DNA from: an uncultured Actinomycetota bacterium | GTDB taxonomy: Bacteria > Actinomycetota > Actinomycetes > JAFAQI01 | Length of the DNA stretch: 64,000 nucleotides | Reading direction: 5' to 3' | NCBI GenBank assembly: GCA_963770565.1 | Contig: CAVYQE010000001.1 | Coordinates: 1,344,001 to 1,408,000 of the forward strand | In this document: positions 14,921-23,872 of the stretch, one piece after another | Position numbering within the stretch: position 1 is the stretch's first letter | Layout: each line of letters starts with the position of its first letter | Translations under genes and position numbers: made by a program | Notes under the pieces: model-generated | Database searches by the model: none | Told to the model about the DNA's origin: nothing | What the model saw: the letters and a program-made list of their open reading frames with translations, nothing else

Positions 14921-16192
14921 ACTTCGGAGTTTTTGGGCTGTGGGCCGCGGGGTCGGCCGTTGCCGACGTAGTGGATGCCGGGTGCTGGTCGGCTGTGCTC
15001 GATGAGGATCTCGCCGTTGAGATCACTGACGAGGACCTGGTTGCCGTCGGTGACGATGAGGACCTGTTGGAATCGGTGGGGTCCGCCGACCATGTAGTGG
15101 ACGGCGTCGAGCATGAAGGTGCCGCCGCTGGTCAGTGTCTTGAGGTGAGTGTCGGCGGGCAGGTCCGTGGGCACCGGTGGTGGCGCGGGCCGGTAGCGGT
15201 TGGCGGCAGGCCGTTCGAGCCAGGCGGGACGGTCGGGCGTGGGACGTGGCGGCTCGGCTTTCGGGGTCGCTTCCCACGCGGTCACGGGGGTTACCCGCCC
15301 GGGCAGCGCCTGGTGGGGTCGTTCGGTGTTGTAGATGTGGTCGAAGGTGTCGACCTGGGCTTGCAGCTCGTCGAGAGTGTCGGCGAGCGGCTGCTTGTCG
15401 AGCTAGCGGAACAGGGTCTGGTGGAACCGTTCGTTCTTGCCTTGCGTGGTCGGCTTGTAGGGCTTGCCGGTGATCGCCTCGATCCCGAGCCGGGACACGT
15501 GGTCGACGAGCTGGCCGACATAGCCGCGCCGGGACGGGTTGAGCGCGAGCGCGTTGTCGGTCAGCAGGCGTTGCGGCACTCCGTGGGCGGCGATTGCCTT
15601 GTCCACCACCGCGATCGCGGCCTCGGCGGTCTCGGTCCACGCGACGTGGGAAGCGACCGCGAAGCGGGAGTGGTCGTCGATGAGCTGGAAGATCACACAC
15701 GTGCGGCCGCCCGGTCAGCACGTACTCGGTGGCGTCGAGCTGCCAGCACGCGTTCGGCGCCGGATAGACGAACCGGCGCCATGCCGACCGTGGTTTCTTC
15801 TTCGGCTCCCGGCGAGCGACGCCCGCCTCGCGGAAGATCCGTGCGAGTGACGCCGTGGATGGGACTTGGGGCAGGCCCATCGCGCGCATCTTCTCGTGCA
15901 CGCTGATCGGCCCATGATCAAGACCCGACGCCTCCAGAGCCGCACGGACACCCACCGCCTGCGCTTTGACCTGGTCGGTCAGCGTCGACGGGCTCGACCT
16001 CGGCCGCCGGGACCGAGGCTCAAGCACCGCCGCTGGCCCATCGTCCCGGGCACGTCTCCGCAGCTCGTAGAAGGACTTCCGGGAGATGCCGTGCTCGGCG
16101 AAGAACGTCGTCACCGCCCCACGCGGTGCATCATCAGGCCACTGCGAGATCGCGAGGCGGACACGAGGATCAATGGGTTCGCTGATCGCCAT
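14905..16192 (-). pseudogene. IS481-family transposase, disrupted
   Basis: HTH N-terminus, WQLDAT, TDN and QGKNERF (DDE) split by a +1 frameshift near 15710 and an in-frame TAG at 15403-15405. Confidence 0.85.
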
Positions 16193-16318
16193 CGCCCGAG
16201 AATCACGGCCAAAGTGTCACCACCAACATCACCGGAAGTATCACCGATGTCCTGACACAGAACTGTCACCGATGTCTTGAGACATGACAATCGCACCCCC
16301 GGTAAGCCCTAGCGTGAT

Positions 16319-16334
16319 CCGAACATATGTTCGA
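16319..16334. promoter_or_regulatory. LexA (SOS) box
   Basis: Minus strand TCGAACATATGTTCGG vs actinobacterial consensus TCGAAC-N4-GTTCGA (1 mismatch). Confidence 0.8.
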
Positions 16335-16344
16335 ACTACCGACG

Positions 16345-16366
16345 ACGATATTGCTGACCACCGACA
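16345..16366 (-). promoter_or_regulatory. RecA-NDp / PafBC-type DNA-damage promoter
   Basis: TGTCGGTG-gtcagcaa-TATCGT fits TGTCRGTG-N8-TAnnnT. Confidence 0.7.
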
Positions 16367-16403
16367 CTTTCAACCCCAAAAACCGTTGAAAACAAAGGAA
16401 AAG

Positions 16404-16440
16404 TTATCCACAGGTTGCGCGCACGGCGGACTCATCCACA
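16404..16440 (+). promoter_or_regulatory. DnaA-box pair
   Basis: TTATCCACA (16404-16412, perfect) and TCATCCACA (16432-16440). Confidence 0.5.
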
Positions 16441-16500
16441 GCGGTGTCAGGCCGTGGCGCGCAACCCGGCTAACGCGACGGTGGTCTAGCCTCGCTCGCC

Positions 16501-17562
16501 GTGGGGACACGTGCGCGGATCGCGGTCATCGGTGGGGACGGAATCGGCCCGGAAGTGGTGGCCGAAGGGCTGAAGGTGCTCAACGCAGCCGTCGCCGGCG
16601 ACGGCGTGTCGATCGAGACGACCGACTACGACCTCGGCGCGGCGCGCTGGCACCGCACCGGCGAGACGCTGCCGGACAGCGTGCTCGACGAGCTGCGCGG
16701 CCATGATGCGATCCTGCTCGGAGCGGTGGGCGACCCGGGCGTGCCCTCGGGTGTGCTCGAGCGAGGCTTGCTGCTGAAGCTGCGGTTCGCCTTCGAGCAC
16801 GCGGTCAACCTGCGGCCGGTGAAGCTCTATCCAGGAGTCGCGACCCCGCTCGCCGGCGTCTCGACCGCCGACATCGACATGGTGGTCGTACGGGAGGGCA
16901 CCGAGGGTCCGTACGTCGGCGTCGGCGGCGCGATGCGACGTGACACCCCGCACGAGATCGCAACGGAGAACAGCATCAACACCCGGTACGGCGTCGAGCG
17001 CGTGGTTCGCGATGCCTTCGCGCGCGCCGCGGCTCGGCCCCGCCAGCATCTGACCCTCGTGCACAAGACCAACGTGCTCACTCACGCCGGCTCGCTGTGG
17101 CAACGGACCGTGGAGGCGGTCAACGCGGACTTTCCGACCGTCGCGGTCGAGTACGCACACGTCGACGCGGCCTGCCTGTACCTCATCTCGCAACCGCAGC
17201 GGTTCGACGTCATCGTCACCGACAACCTGTTCGGCGACATCATCACCGACCTCGGCGCTGCGATCGCAGGCGGTATCGGCCTCGCGGCGAGCGGCAACCT
17301 CAACGTCGACGGCACTGCGCCGAGCATGTTCGAGCCGGTCCACGGCAGCGCGCCGGACATCGCCGGACAGGGCATCGCCGACCCCACCGCGACCATCCTC
17401 TCGGTCGCGATGCTGCTGGACGCATTGTCGTTGCATCACGCCGCGCAGCGGGTCGAGGCGGCCGTCGCCGCCGATCTGGCCGCGCGCGCCGACGCAGGGT
17501 CAGCGTCGGCTGGTCGGCGTACCTCTGATATCGGGGATGCGATCGCCGCCCGGCTCGCCTAA
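16501..17562 (+). CDS. leuB: 3-isopropylmalate dehydrogenase
   Basis: [41 protein letters not shown]. Confidence 0.96.
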   Translation: MGTRARIAVIGGDGIGPEVVAEGLKVLNAAVAGDGVSIETTDYDLGAARWHRTGETLPDSVLDELRGHDAILLGAVGDPGVPSGVLERGLLLKLRFAFEHAVNLRPVKLYPGVATPLAGVSTADIDMVVVREGTEGPYVGVGGAMRRDTPHEIATENSINTRYGVERVVRDAFARAAARPRQHLTLVHKTNVLTHAGSLWQRTVEAVNADFPTVAVEYAHVDAACLYLISQPQRFDVIVTDNLFGDIITDLGAAIAGGIGLAASGNLNVDGTAPSMFEPVHGSAPDIAGQGIADPTATILSVAMLLDALSLHHAAQRVEAAVAADLAARADAGSASAGRRTSDIGDAIAARLA

Positions 17563-17571
17563 TCTCTTTGT

Positions 17572-18651
17572 ATGGGCCTTGATTTCAGCGTCGAGCCGAC
17601 GCCGACTCCGACCTCGCCCGAGCGGCTCGCCGAGATCTTCGCGGCGCCCGGGTTCGGCCAGTCGTTCACCGACCACATGGTCAGCGTGCGGTGGACGACC
17701 GAGCGCGGTTGGCACGACGCCCGGGTACACCCGTACGGCCCGCTGCAGTTCGACCCGGCGACGCACATCTTCCACTACGGGCAGTCGATCTTCGAGGGAT
17801 TCAAGGCCTACCTGCAGCCGGACGGCAGCATCGCCACCTTTCGGCCGGAGATCAACGGTCGGCGCTTCCAGCACTCGGCCGAGCGGCTTGCCCTGCCGAC
17901 CCTCGACGTCGACGACTTCGTCGCCGCCGCGGATGCATTGCTCCGCCAGGACGCCGCGTGGGTGCCGACCGGACCGGACGACAGCCTTTACATCCGCCCG
18001 TTCATGGTCGCGACCGAGGTCGGGCTCGGCGTGCGGCCGGCCTCGGACGTGACGTTCATGGTGATCGCGTCGCCGGCCGGTCCGTATTTTGCGAAGGGGT
18101 CGAAGCAGGTCGCGATCTGGCTGTCCGAGGACTACACCCGCGCGGCGCCCGGCGGCACCGGCGCGGCGAAGTGCGGTGGCAACTACGCGGCCAGCCTGGT
18201 CGCGCAGCAGGAGGCGATCGCCAACGGTTGCGAGCAGGTGCTGTTCCTCGACGCGGTCGAGCGTCGGTGGGTGGAGGAGCTCGGCGGGATGAACCTCTGG
18301 CTCGTCCTCGACAACGGCACGGTCGTGACACCGGAGCTGACCGGGACGATTCTGGAGGGCGTCACCCGCGACACCATCAAGATGCTGGCCGCGGAGCAGG
18401 GGCGAGCGGTTGAGGAGCGCCGGGTCGACATCGACGAGTGGCGCAAGGGCGTCGCCGAAGGCGCGATCTCCGAGGTGTTTGCCTGCGGCACCGCGGCCGT
18501 CATCACCTCGGTCGGAACGCTGCGCTGGCACGACGGCGAGGTCACCATGCCGGCCGAGACACCGGTCGCCGACACGCTGCGGACCACGTTGGTCGACCTC
18601 CAGCACGGCCGGATCTCGGACCCACACGGCTGGATGCACACGGTCCGATGA
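17572..18651 (+). CDS. ilvE: Branched-chain amino acid aminotransferase
   Basis: HYGQSIFEGFKAY, YIRP, AKCGGNY (PLP Lys), LEGVTR, CGTAAV. Confidence 0.96.
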   Translation: MGLDFSVEPTPTPTSPERLAEIFAAPGFGQSFTDHMVSVRWTTERGWHDARVHPYGPLQFDPATHIFHYGQSIFEGFKAYLQPDGSIATFRPEINGRRFQHSAERLALPTLDVDDFVAAADALLRQDAAWVPTGPDDSLYIRPFMVATEVGLGVRPASDVTFMVIASPAGPYFAKGSKQVAIWLSEDYTRAAPGGTGAAKCGGNYAASLVAQQEAIANGCEQVLFLDAVERRWVEELGGMNLWLVLDNGTVVTPELTGTILEGVTRDTIKMLAAEQGRAVEERRVDIDEWRKGVAEGAISEVFACGTAAVITSVGTLRWHDGEVTMPAETPVADTLRTTLVDLQHGRISDPHGWMHTVR

Positions 18652-18660
18652 GATGCCGGG

Positions 18661-18749
18661 CCAAGAAAGCAATGTCACATTGCCCCCACAAATCGTGGGG
18701 TGGTGTCACATTGCCCCCACGAAGTGTGGGGCAATGTGACATTGCTTGG
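18661..18749. repeat. Palindromic REP-like array, three units at 31-bp period
   Basis: TGTSACATTGC cores at 18673, 18704 and 18735 separated by CCCCAC-Nx-GTGGGG; outer units form an inverted repeat. Confidence 0.8.
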
Positions 18750-18797
18750 GCTGCCGGGCTTGACCTGGCGGTGCGATCTGCCGAACACTGGACCGTG

Positions 18798-18836
18798 ATG
18801 AGTTTCACCACGATCATTTGCGAGCGCGTCGGCTAG
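18798..18836 (+). CDS. cimA attenuator leader peptide MSFTTIICERVG
   Basis: Thr-Thr-Ile-Ile codons; TTGACC at 18760 and AACACT at 18784 upstream; hairpin and terminator downstream. Confidence 0.7.
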   Translation: MSFTTIICERVG

Positions 18837-18854
18837 CACCACCAGCCGACGCGC

Positions 18855-18894
18855 AACCCCTCGCTGCCCGATCCGGGCCGGGGGGTTTTGCTTT
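18855..18894 (+). terminator. Attenuator terminator upstream of cimA
   Basis: AACCCCTCG...CGGGGGGTT stem then TTGCTTT; upstream 11-bp stem 18824-18834/18844-18854. Confidence 0.7.
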
Positions 18895-18927
18895 GGAACA
18901 CCACCTGTTGGAATCGAAAGGAAGCCA

Positions 18928-20520
18928 GTGTCCAGCGCCACCGATCTGCACGTGTACGACACCACGCTGCGTGACGGCTCGCAGATGGAGGGCCTCTCGC
19001 TCTCGGTCGACGACAAGCTTGCCGTCGCCGCGCGCCTCGACGAGCTCGGCGTCGGATACATCGAAGGCGGCTGGCCCGGCGCGAACCCGAAGGACAAGGC
19101 GTTCTTCGAGCGTGCGGCAGCGGGCGACCTGACGCTTCAACACGCCGTACTGGCGGCCTTTGGTGCGACCCGCAAGGCCGGTGTAGTGGCCGCCGACGAC
19201 CCGCAGGTGCGGGCGTTGCTCGACGCGCAGACGCCGGTCGTCACGTTGGTCGCGAAGTCGCACACCGGACACGTCGAGCGGGCACTTCGTACGACGCTGG
19301 CCGAGAACCTTGCGATGGTCCGCGACACCGTGACATTCCTGCGGGCCGAGGGCCGCCGGGTCTTCCTCGACGCCGAGCACTTCTTCGACGGCTACCGGCT
19401 CGACCGCGACTACGCGCTCGCGGTGGTCGCCACTGCGGCGGAGGCCGGGGCGGAGGTCGTCGCGCTGTGCGACACCAACGGCGGCATGCTGCCCGGTCAG
19501 CTGGCCGACGTCGTCAACGCGGTCGTCGCCGACTACGCGGCGAGCGCGACCCGGATCGGCATTCACGCGCATGACGACACCTCGTGCGCGGTCGCGAACT
19601 CGCTCGCCGCCGTACAAGCCGGCGCGACCCACGTGCAGGGAACCGCAAACGGGTACGGCGAGCGGGCCGGCAATGCCGACCTGTTCGCGATCGTCGCCGG
19701 GCTGGAGCTCAAGCTCGATCGACCGGTTCTTCCGGAGGGCTCGCTCGCCGAGCTCGTCCGGGTCAGTCATGCCATCGCGGAGCTGGCGAACATCGCACCA
19801 GATGATCACCAGCCTTGGGTCGGCGCGAGCGCATTCGCCCACAAGGCGGGATTGCACGCGTCGGCGCTGAAGGTCGACCCCGACCTGTATCAGCACACCG
19901 ATCCGGCCATCGTCGGCAACGACATGCGGATCCTCGTCTCGGAGCTGGCCGGCCGGGCGAGTGTCGAGATGAAGGCCCGGGAGCTGAAGATCGACGTCGA
20001 CCGAGACGTGGTCGGACGCGTGATCGACCGGGTCAAGACGATGGAGGCGGAGGGGTACTCGTTCGAGGCAGCGGAGGCTTCGTTCGAGTTGCTCCTCCGC
20101 CAGGAGGTGGATCCGTCGCGTCCGCGGCCGTTCACGCTGGAGTCCTACCGGGTGATCAGCGACGGGCGATCCGACGGCGAGATGACGTCCGAGGCCACGG
20201 TCAAGATCCACGTCCGCGGCGAACGGATCGTATCGACCGGCGAGGGCAACGGGCCGGTCAACGCACTGGACATGGCGCTGCGGCAAGCCCTCGAGCGGTT
20301 CTACCCGACGCTCGGCGAGTTCGAGCTGGTCGACTACAAGGTCCGGATCCTCGAAGGCGCCCACGGTACGGGCGCGATCACCCGGGTCCTGGTCCGGACC
20401 TCCGATGGCCACCGCGAGTGGGACACCGTCGGTGTCAACGAGAACGTGATCGCGGCGTCATGGCAGGCCCTCGACGACGCCTACACGTTCGGCCTGCTGG
20501 CGGTCGCCGCCGCCGGGTGA
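18928..20520 (+). CDS. cimA: Citramalate synthase
   Basis: YDTTLRDGSQ, IEGGWPGANPKD, DAEHFFDG, GYGERAGN, AFAHKAGLH, DYKVRIL, SWQAL. Confidence 0.92.
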   Translation: MSSATDLHVYDTTLRDGSQMEGLSLSVDDKLAVAARLDELGVGYIEGGWPGANPKDKAFFERAAAGDLTLQHAVLAAFGATRKAGVVAADDPQVRALLDAQTPVVTLVAKSHTGHVERALRTTLAENLAMVRDTVTFLRAEGRRVFLDAEHFFDGYRLDRDYALAVVATAAEAGAEVVALCDTNGGMLPGQLADVVNAVVADYAASATRIGIHAHDDTSCAVANSLAAVQAGATHVQGTANGYGERAGNADLFAIVAGLELKLDRPVLPEGSLAELVRVSHAIAELANIAPDDHQPWVGASAFAHKAGLHASALKVDPDLYQHTDPAIVGNDMRILVSELAGRASVEMKARELKIDVDRDVVGRVIDRVKTMEAEGYSFEAAEASFELLLRQEVDPSRPRPFTLESYRVISDGRSDGEMTSEATVKIHVRGERIVSTGEGNGPVNALDMALRQALERFYPTLGEFELVDYKVRILEGAHGTGAITRVLVRTSDGHREWDTVGVNENVIAASWQALDDAYTFGLLAVAAAG

Positions 20521-20539
20521 CCCCATACGCTTGGCGATC

Positions 20540-21487
20540 ATGAGCGACATGCGGATGCGCCGGCTGGGCACCTCGGGCCTCGTGGTGTCGGTGGTCGGCC
20601 TCGGGTGCAACAACTTCGGCCGGCGGATCGGGCTCGACCAGACCCGGGACGTGGTGCGGGCCGCGCTGGATGCGGGCGTCACGTTGTTCGACACCGCGGA
20701 TATCTACGGCGACTCCGAGGACCTTCTCGGCCAGGTGCTCGGTCCACAGCGCAACGACATCGTGCTCGCGACGAAGTTCGGCCTGCCGATGGGCGGGGCG
20801 CTCGGGCCCGACTGGGACGCCCGCGGATCCCGCCGCTACATCCGCAAGGCGGTCGAGTCGTCGCTTCGGCGGCTCAACACCGACTGGATCGATCTCTACC
20901 AGTTCCACACCCCGGATCCGGCCACGCCGATCGAGGAGACCCTCGCGGCCCTGCATGAGCTGGTGCTGGAGGGCAAGGTCCGCTACATCGGCTGCTCCAA
21001 CTTCGCCGGTTGGCAGGTCGCCGACGCCGACTGGATCGCGCGGTCCGGCGACCTGACGAGGTTCATCAGCGCGCAGAACCACTACAGCCTGATCGAGCGC
21101 GGGGTCGAGGCCGAGTTGACACCGGCCTGCGAGCGGTTCGGGCTCGGCATCCTGCCGTACTTCCCGCTCGCCAACGGCCTGCTGACCGGCAAGTACCGGC
21201 GCGGCGAAGCGGCGCCGGAGGGCACCCGGCTGGCCAGTCGCGAGGGCTGGCTGACCGATCAGCGCTTCGACCAGGTCGAGGCACTTCAGCGGTACGCCGA
21301 CGAACGCAGGCTCAGCATGCTCGACGTTGCGATCGGCGGCCTGGCCGCGCAACCCGCGGTCGGCTCGGTCATCGCGGGCGCGACGAAGCCGGAACAGGTG
21401 GTCGCCAACGTGGCGGCCGGGGGCTGGGTGCCGAGCGCGAACGATCTCGACGCACTGAACGCGCTCGCGTTCGCGTCCGCTGGCTAG
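20540..21487 (+). CDS. Aldo/keto reductase
   Basis: GLGCNNFG, FDTADIYG, LATK, IDLYQFH, GKVRYIGCSN, PLANGLLTGKY. Confidence 0.92.
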   Translation: MSDMRMRRLGTSGLVVSVVGLGCNNFGRRIGLDQTRDVVRAALDAGVTLFDTADIYGDSEDLLGQVLGPQRNDIVLATKFGLPMGGALGPDWDARGSRRYIRKAVESSLRRLNTDWIDLYQFHTPDPATPIEETLAALHELVLEGKVRYIGCSNFAGWQVADADWIARSGDLTRFISAQNHYSLIERGVEAELTPACERFGLGILPYFPLANGLLTGKYRRGEAAPEGTRLASREGWLTDQRFDQVEALQRYADERRLSMLDVAIGGLAAQPAVGSVIAGATKPEQVVANVAAGGWVPSANDLDALNALAFASAG

Positions 21488-21497
21488 GCTGGCTTGG

Positions 21498-22256
21498 GTG
21501 CGGATTGCCAGGTTCTCCTACGGCGAGGGTGTCGCCTTCGGGATCGTCGAGGACGACCTCGTCGTACCGATCGTCGGTCATCCGTTCGCGCCGATCGAGC
21601 GGACCGAGGTCAAGCTGGCCCGCGCGGAGCTCCGGCTGCTCGCGCCGGTCCTGCCGAGCAAGGTGGTGGCGATCGGGAAGAACTACGCGTCGCATGCCGC
21701 CGAGATGGGCGGCGACGTCCCCGAGCAGCCGCTGATCTTCCTCAAGCCGTCGACCTCGGTGATCGCCGATCGCGACGCGATCGCCTCCCCGCCCTCGTCG
21801 GAGCGGGTCGATTTCGAGGGCGAGCTGGCCGTCGTCATCAGCCGGTTGTGTCGTGACGTGCCGGTCGAGCGGGCGATGGACGTCGTGCTCGGCTACACCT
21901 GCGCCAATGACGTCACGGCGCGCGACCAGCAGCGCAGCGACGGCCAATGGTCGCGGGCCAAGGGCTACGACACGTTCTGTCCGCTCGGGCCGTGGATCGA
22001 GACCGAGGTCGACCCGGCCGACCTCGCGATCTCGACGACCCTGAACGGCGAGGTCAAACAACAGTCGCGGACCTCGTTGCTCGTGCACAAGATCCCCGAA
22101 CTGATCGCCTACATCACTGCATGCATGACCCTGCTGCCCGGTGACGTGATCCTGACCGGTACGCCGGACGGCGTCGGCCCGATGCTGGTCGGCGACGAGG
22201 TAACTGTCGAGATCGAAGGCATCGGCACGCTGACGAACCCGGTTGTCGCGCGATGA
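21498..22256 (+). CDS. Fumarylacetoacetate hydrolase-family protein
   Basis: GKNY, FLKP, EGELAVVI, NDVTARD, KGYDTFCPLGP, GDVILTGTP. Confidence 0.92.
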   Translation: MRIARFSYGEGVAFGIVEDDLVVPIVGHPFAPIERTEVKLARAELRLLAPVLPSKVVAIGKNYASHAAEMGGDVPEQPLIFLKPSTSVIADRDAIASPPSSERVDFEGELAVVISRLCRDVPVERAMDVVLGYTCANDVTARDQQRSDGQWSRAKGYDTFCPLGPWIETEVDPADLAISTTLNGEVKQQSRTSLLVHKIPELIAYITACMTLLPGDVILTGTPDGVGPMLVGDEVTVEIEGIGTLTNPVVAR

Positions 22257-23677
22257 CGGTACGCCTGCGGGTCGCGCCGTCACCGACCGGCGACCCGCAC
22301 GTCGGTACGGCGTACATGTCGTTGTTCAACCTTGCCTTTGCGCGGCACGAGGGCGGCAGCTTCATCCTGCGGGTGGAGGACACCGACCGGGCCAGGTTCC
22401 AGGCCGACAGCGAGCAGCAGGTCTACGACACGTTGCACTGGCTCGGGCTCAACTGGGACGAGGGCCCGGACATCGGCGGCCCGCACGCGCCGTACCGGCA
22501 GTCGGAGCGCCTCGAGACCTACCGACCGGTTGCCGACGAGCTGCTCGCCTCGGGTCGGGCGTACCTGTGCTGGTGCACGTCGGAGCGGCTCGCCGAGATG
22601 CGCGAGGCGCAGCAGAAGGCCAAGCGGCCGACCGGCTATGACCGCTTGTGTTTCGGCAAGACCCGCGAGGAGCGGGCCGCGCTGCGCGGTTTCGCTGACG
22701 TCCCAGTCGTCCGGATGCTGGTGCCGGATGACGTGCCGCTGCAATTCTTCGACCTGATCCGGGGCGAGGTCAACGCGCCTCGCCCTGACGACCAAGTGCT
22801 GATGAAGGCGGACGGGTACCCGACCTACCACCTGGCGAACGTTGTCGACGACCACACGATGGGCATCACGCACGTGGTGCGCGGCGAGGAGTGGATCGCC
22901 TCCACGCCGAAGCACCTGCTGCTTTATGACTGGATGGGCTGGCAGCGACCCGCGTTCGCGCACATGCCGTTGCTGCGCAACGCGGACAAGTCGAAGATCT
23001 CGAAGCGGAAGAACCCGGCCGCCCGGCTGACCTGGTTCGTGGAGCAGGGTTTCCTGCCCGAGGCGTTGCGCAACTTCCTCGGGCTGATGGGCTATTCGCT
23101 GCCCGACGGCCAGGAGATCTTCACCTTCGAGGTGATGGTCGAGACCTTCGACTGGTCGCGGGTGAACGCGGCCGGGCCGGTCTTCGACGTCGAGAAGCTG
23201 CGCTGGCTGTCCGGGCACTACATCCGGTCGCTCGACCTTGCCGACTTTGCGCAGCGACTCGTCGACTTCATGGGCGTGGTGGGCGAGCAGGCAGATCTGA
23301 TCCGCCGCGCCGCGCCGCTGGTCCAGGAGCGCGTGTCGACGTTGCTCGAGTCGGCCGAGATGCTGCAGTTCCTCATCGTGGGGGAGTCCTTTGCCGTGGA
23401 CCCCGACGCGGCCGCCAAACAGCTCGGCGAGTCGGCGCGGCCGGCGCTCAAGGCGAGCCTGTCGGCTCTGGAGGATCTCGGCTCGTTCGACCACGCCGAT
23501 ATCGAGGCGGCCCTGCGCGGCGCGTTGGTGGACGGCCTCGGGCTCAAGGCGAGTAAGGCGTTCGGGCCGCTCCGGGTCGCGGTCACCGGCGTCACCGTGT
23601 CGCCGCCACTGTTCGAGTCGATCGAACTGCTCGGCCCCGAAACAACGCTGGCCAGGCTGCGCGCGGCGCTGGGTTAG
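22253..23677 (+). CDS. gltX: Glutamate--tRNA ligase
   Basis: APSPTGDPHVG (HIGH), EDTD, YRQSER, RGEEW, KISKR (KMSKS). Confidence 0.96.
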   Translation: MTVRLRVAPSPTGDPHVGTAYMSLFNLAFARHEGGSFILRVEDTDRARFQADSEQQVYDTLHWLGLNWDEGPDIGGPHAPYRQSERLETYRPVADELLASGRAYLCWCTSERLAEMREAQQKAKRPTGYDRLCFGKTREERAALRGFADVPVVRMLVPDDVPLQFFDLIRGEVNAPRPDDQVLMKADGYPTYHLANVVDDHTMGITHVVRGEEWIASTPKHLLLYDWMGWQRPAFAHMPLLRNADKSKISKRKNPAARLTWFVEQGFLPEALRNFLGLMGYSLPDGQEIFTFEVMVETFDWSRVNAAGPVFDVEKLRWLSGHYIRSLDLADFAQRLVDFMGVVGEQADLIRRAAPLVQERVSTLLESAEMLQFLIVGESFAVDPDAAAKQLGESARPALKASLSALEDLGSFDHADIEAALRGALVDGLGLKASKAFGPLRVAVTGVTVSPPLFESIELLGPETTLARLRAALG

Positions 23678-23706
23678 AGTGGTCACCGCTCCTGCGAGGG
23701 AGCGTT

Positions 23707-23778
23707 TGGGGTATGGGGTAATTGGCAGCCCGGCTGATTCTGGTTCAGCTAGTCTAGGTTCGAGTCCTGGTACCCCAG
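23707..23778 (+). tRNA. tRNA-Gln(CTG)
   Basis: Acceptor TGGGGTA/TACCCCA; anticodon arm GCTGA-ttCTGgt-TCAGC; GTTCGAG T loop. Confidence 0.95.
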
Positions 23779-23799
23779 CGACCAACTGTTGTTGTGCAA

Positions 23800-23872
23800 G
23801 GCCCCGTCGTCTAGCGGCCTAGGACACCGCCCTCTCAAGGCGGCGGCGCCGGTTCAAATCCGGTCGGGGCTA
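23800..23872 (+). tRNA. tRNA-Glu(CTC)
   Basis: Acceptor GGCCCCG/CGGGGCT; anticodon arm CCGCC-ctCTCaa-GGCGG; GTTCAAA T loop; CCA not encoded. Confidence 0.95.

Larger units (their letters stand above)
14845..16289 (-). mobile_element. IS481-family insertion sequence (1445 bp) with 15-bp target duplication
   Basis: TGT...ACA ends; about 50-bp imperfect inverted repeats; ATCGCACCCCCGGTA at 14830-14844 and 16290-16304; DDE integrase-core transposase inside. Confidence 0.9.

Noticed and set aside
14845-14925. Short regularly spaced repeats resembling a mini-CRISPR
   Set aside because: Spacers are only about 10 nt, the repeats recur inverted at the other IS end, and there are no cas genes; they are transposon end repeats
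15690-15720. Programmed frameshift in the transposase
   Set aside because: No slippery A-run or X XXY YYZ heptamer, IS481 transposases are single ORFs, and a separate nonsense codon also breaks the gene
16368-16466. DnaA boxes plus AT-rich stretch as oriC
   Set aside because: Only two boxes and no dnaA/dnaN context; actinobacterial origins have many boxes beside dnaA
18661-18749. Palindromic array as a CRISPR or guide-RNA array
   Set aside because: Only three units, the spacers are near-identical hairpins rather than unique sequences, and no effector gene is adjacent
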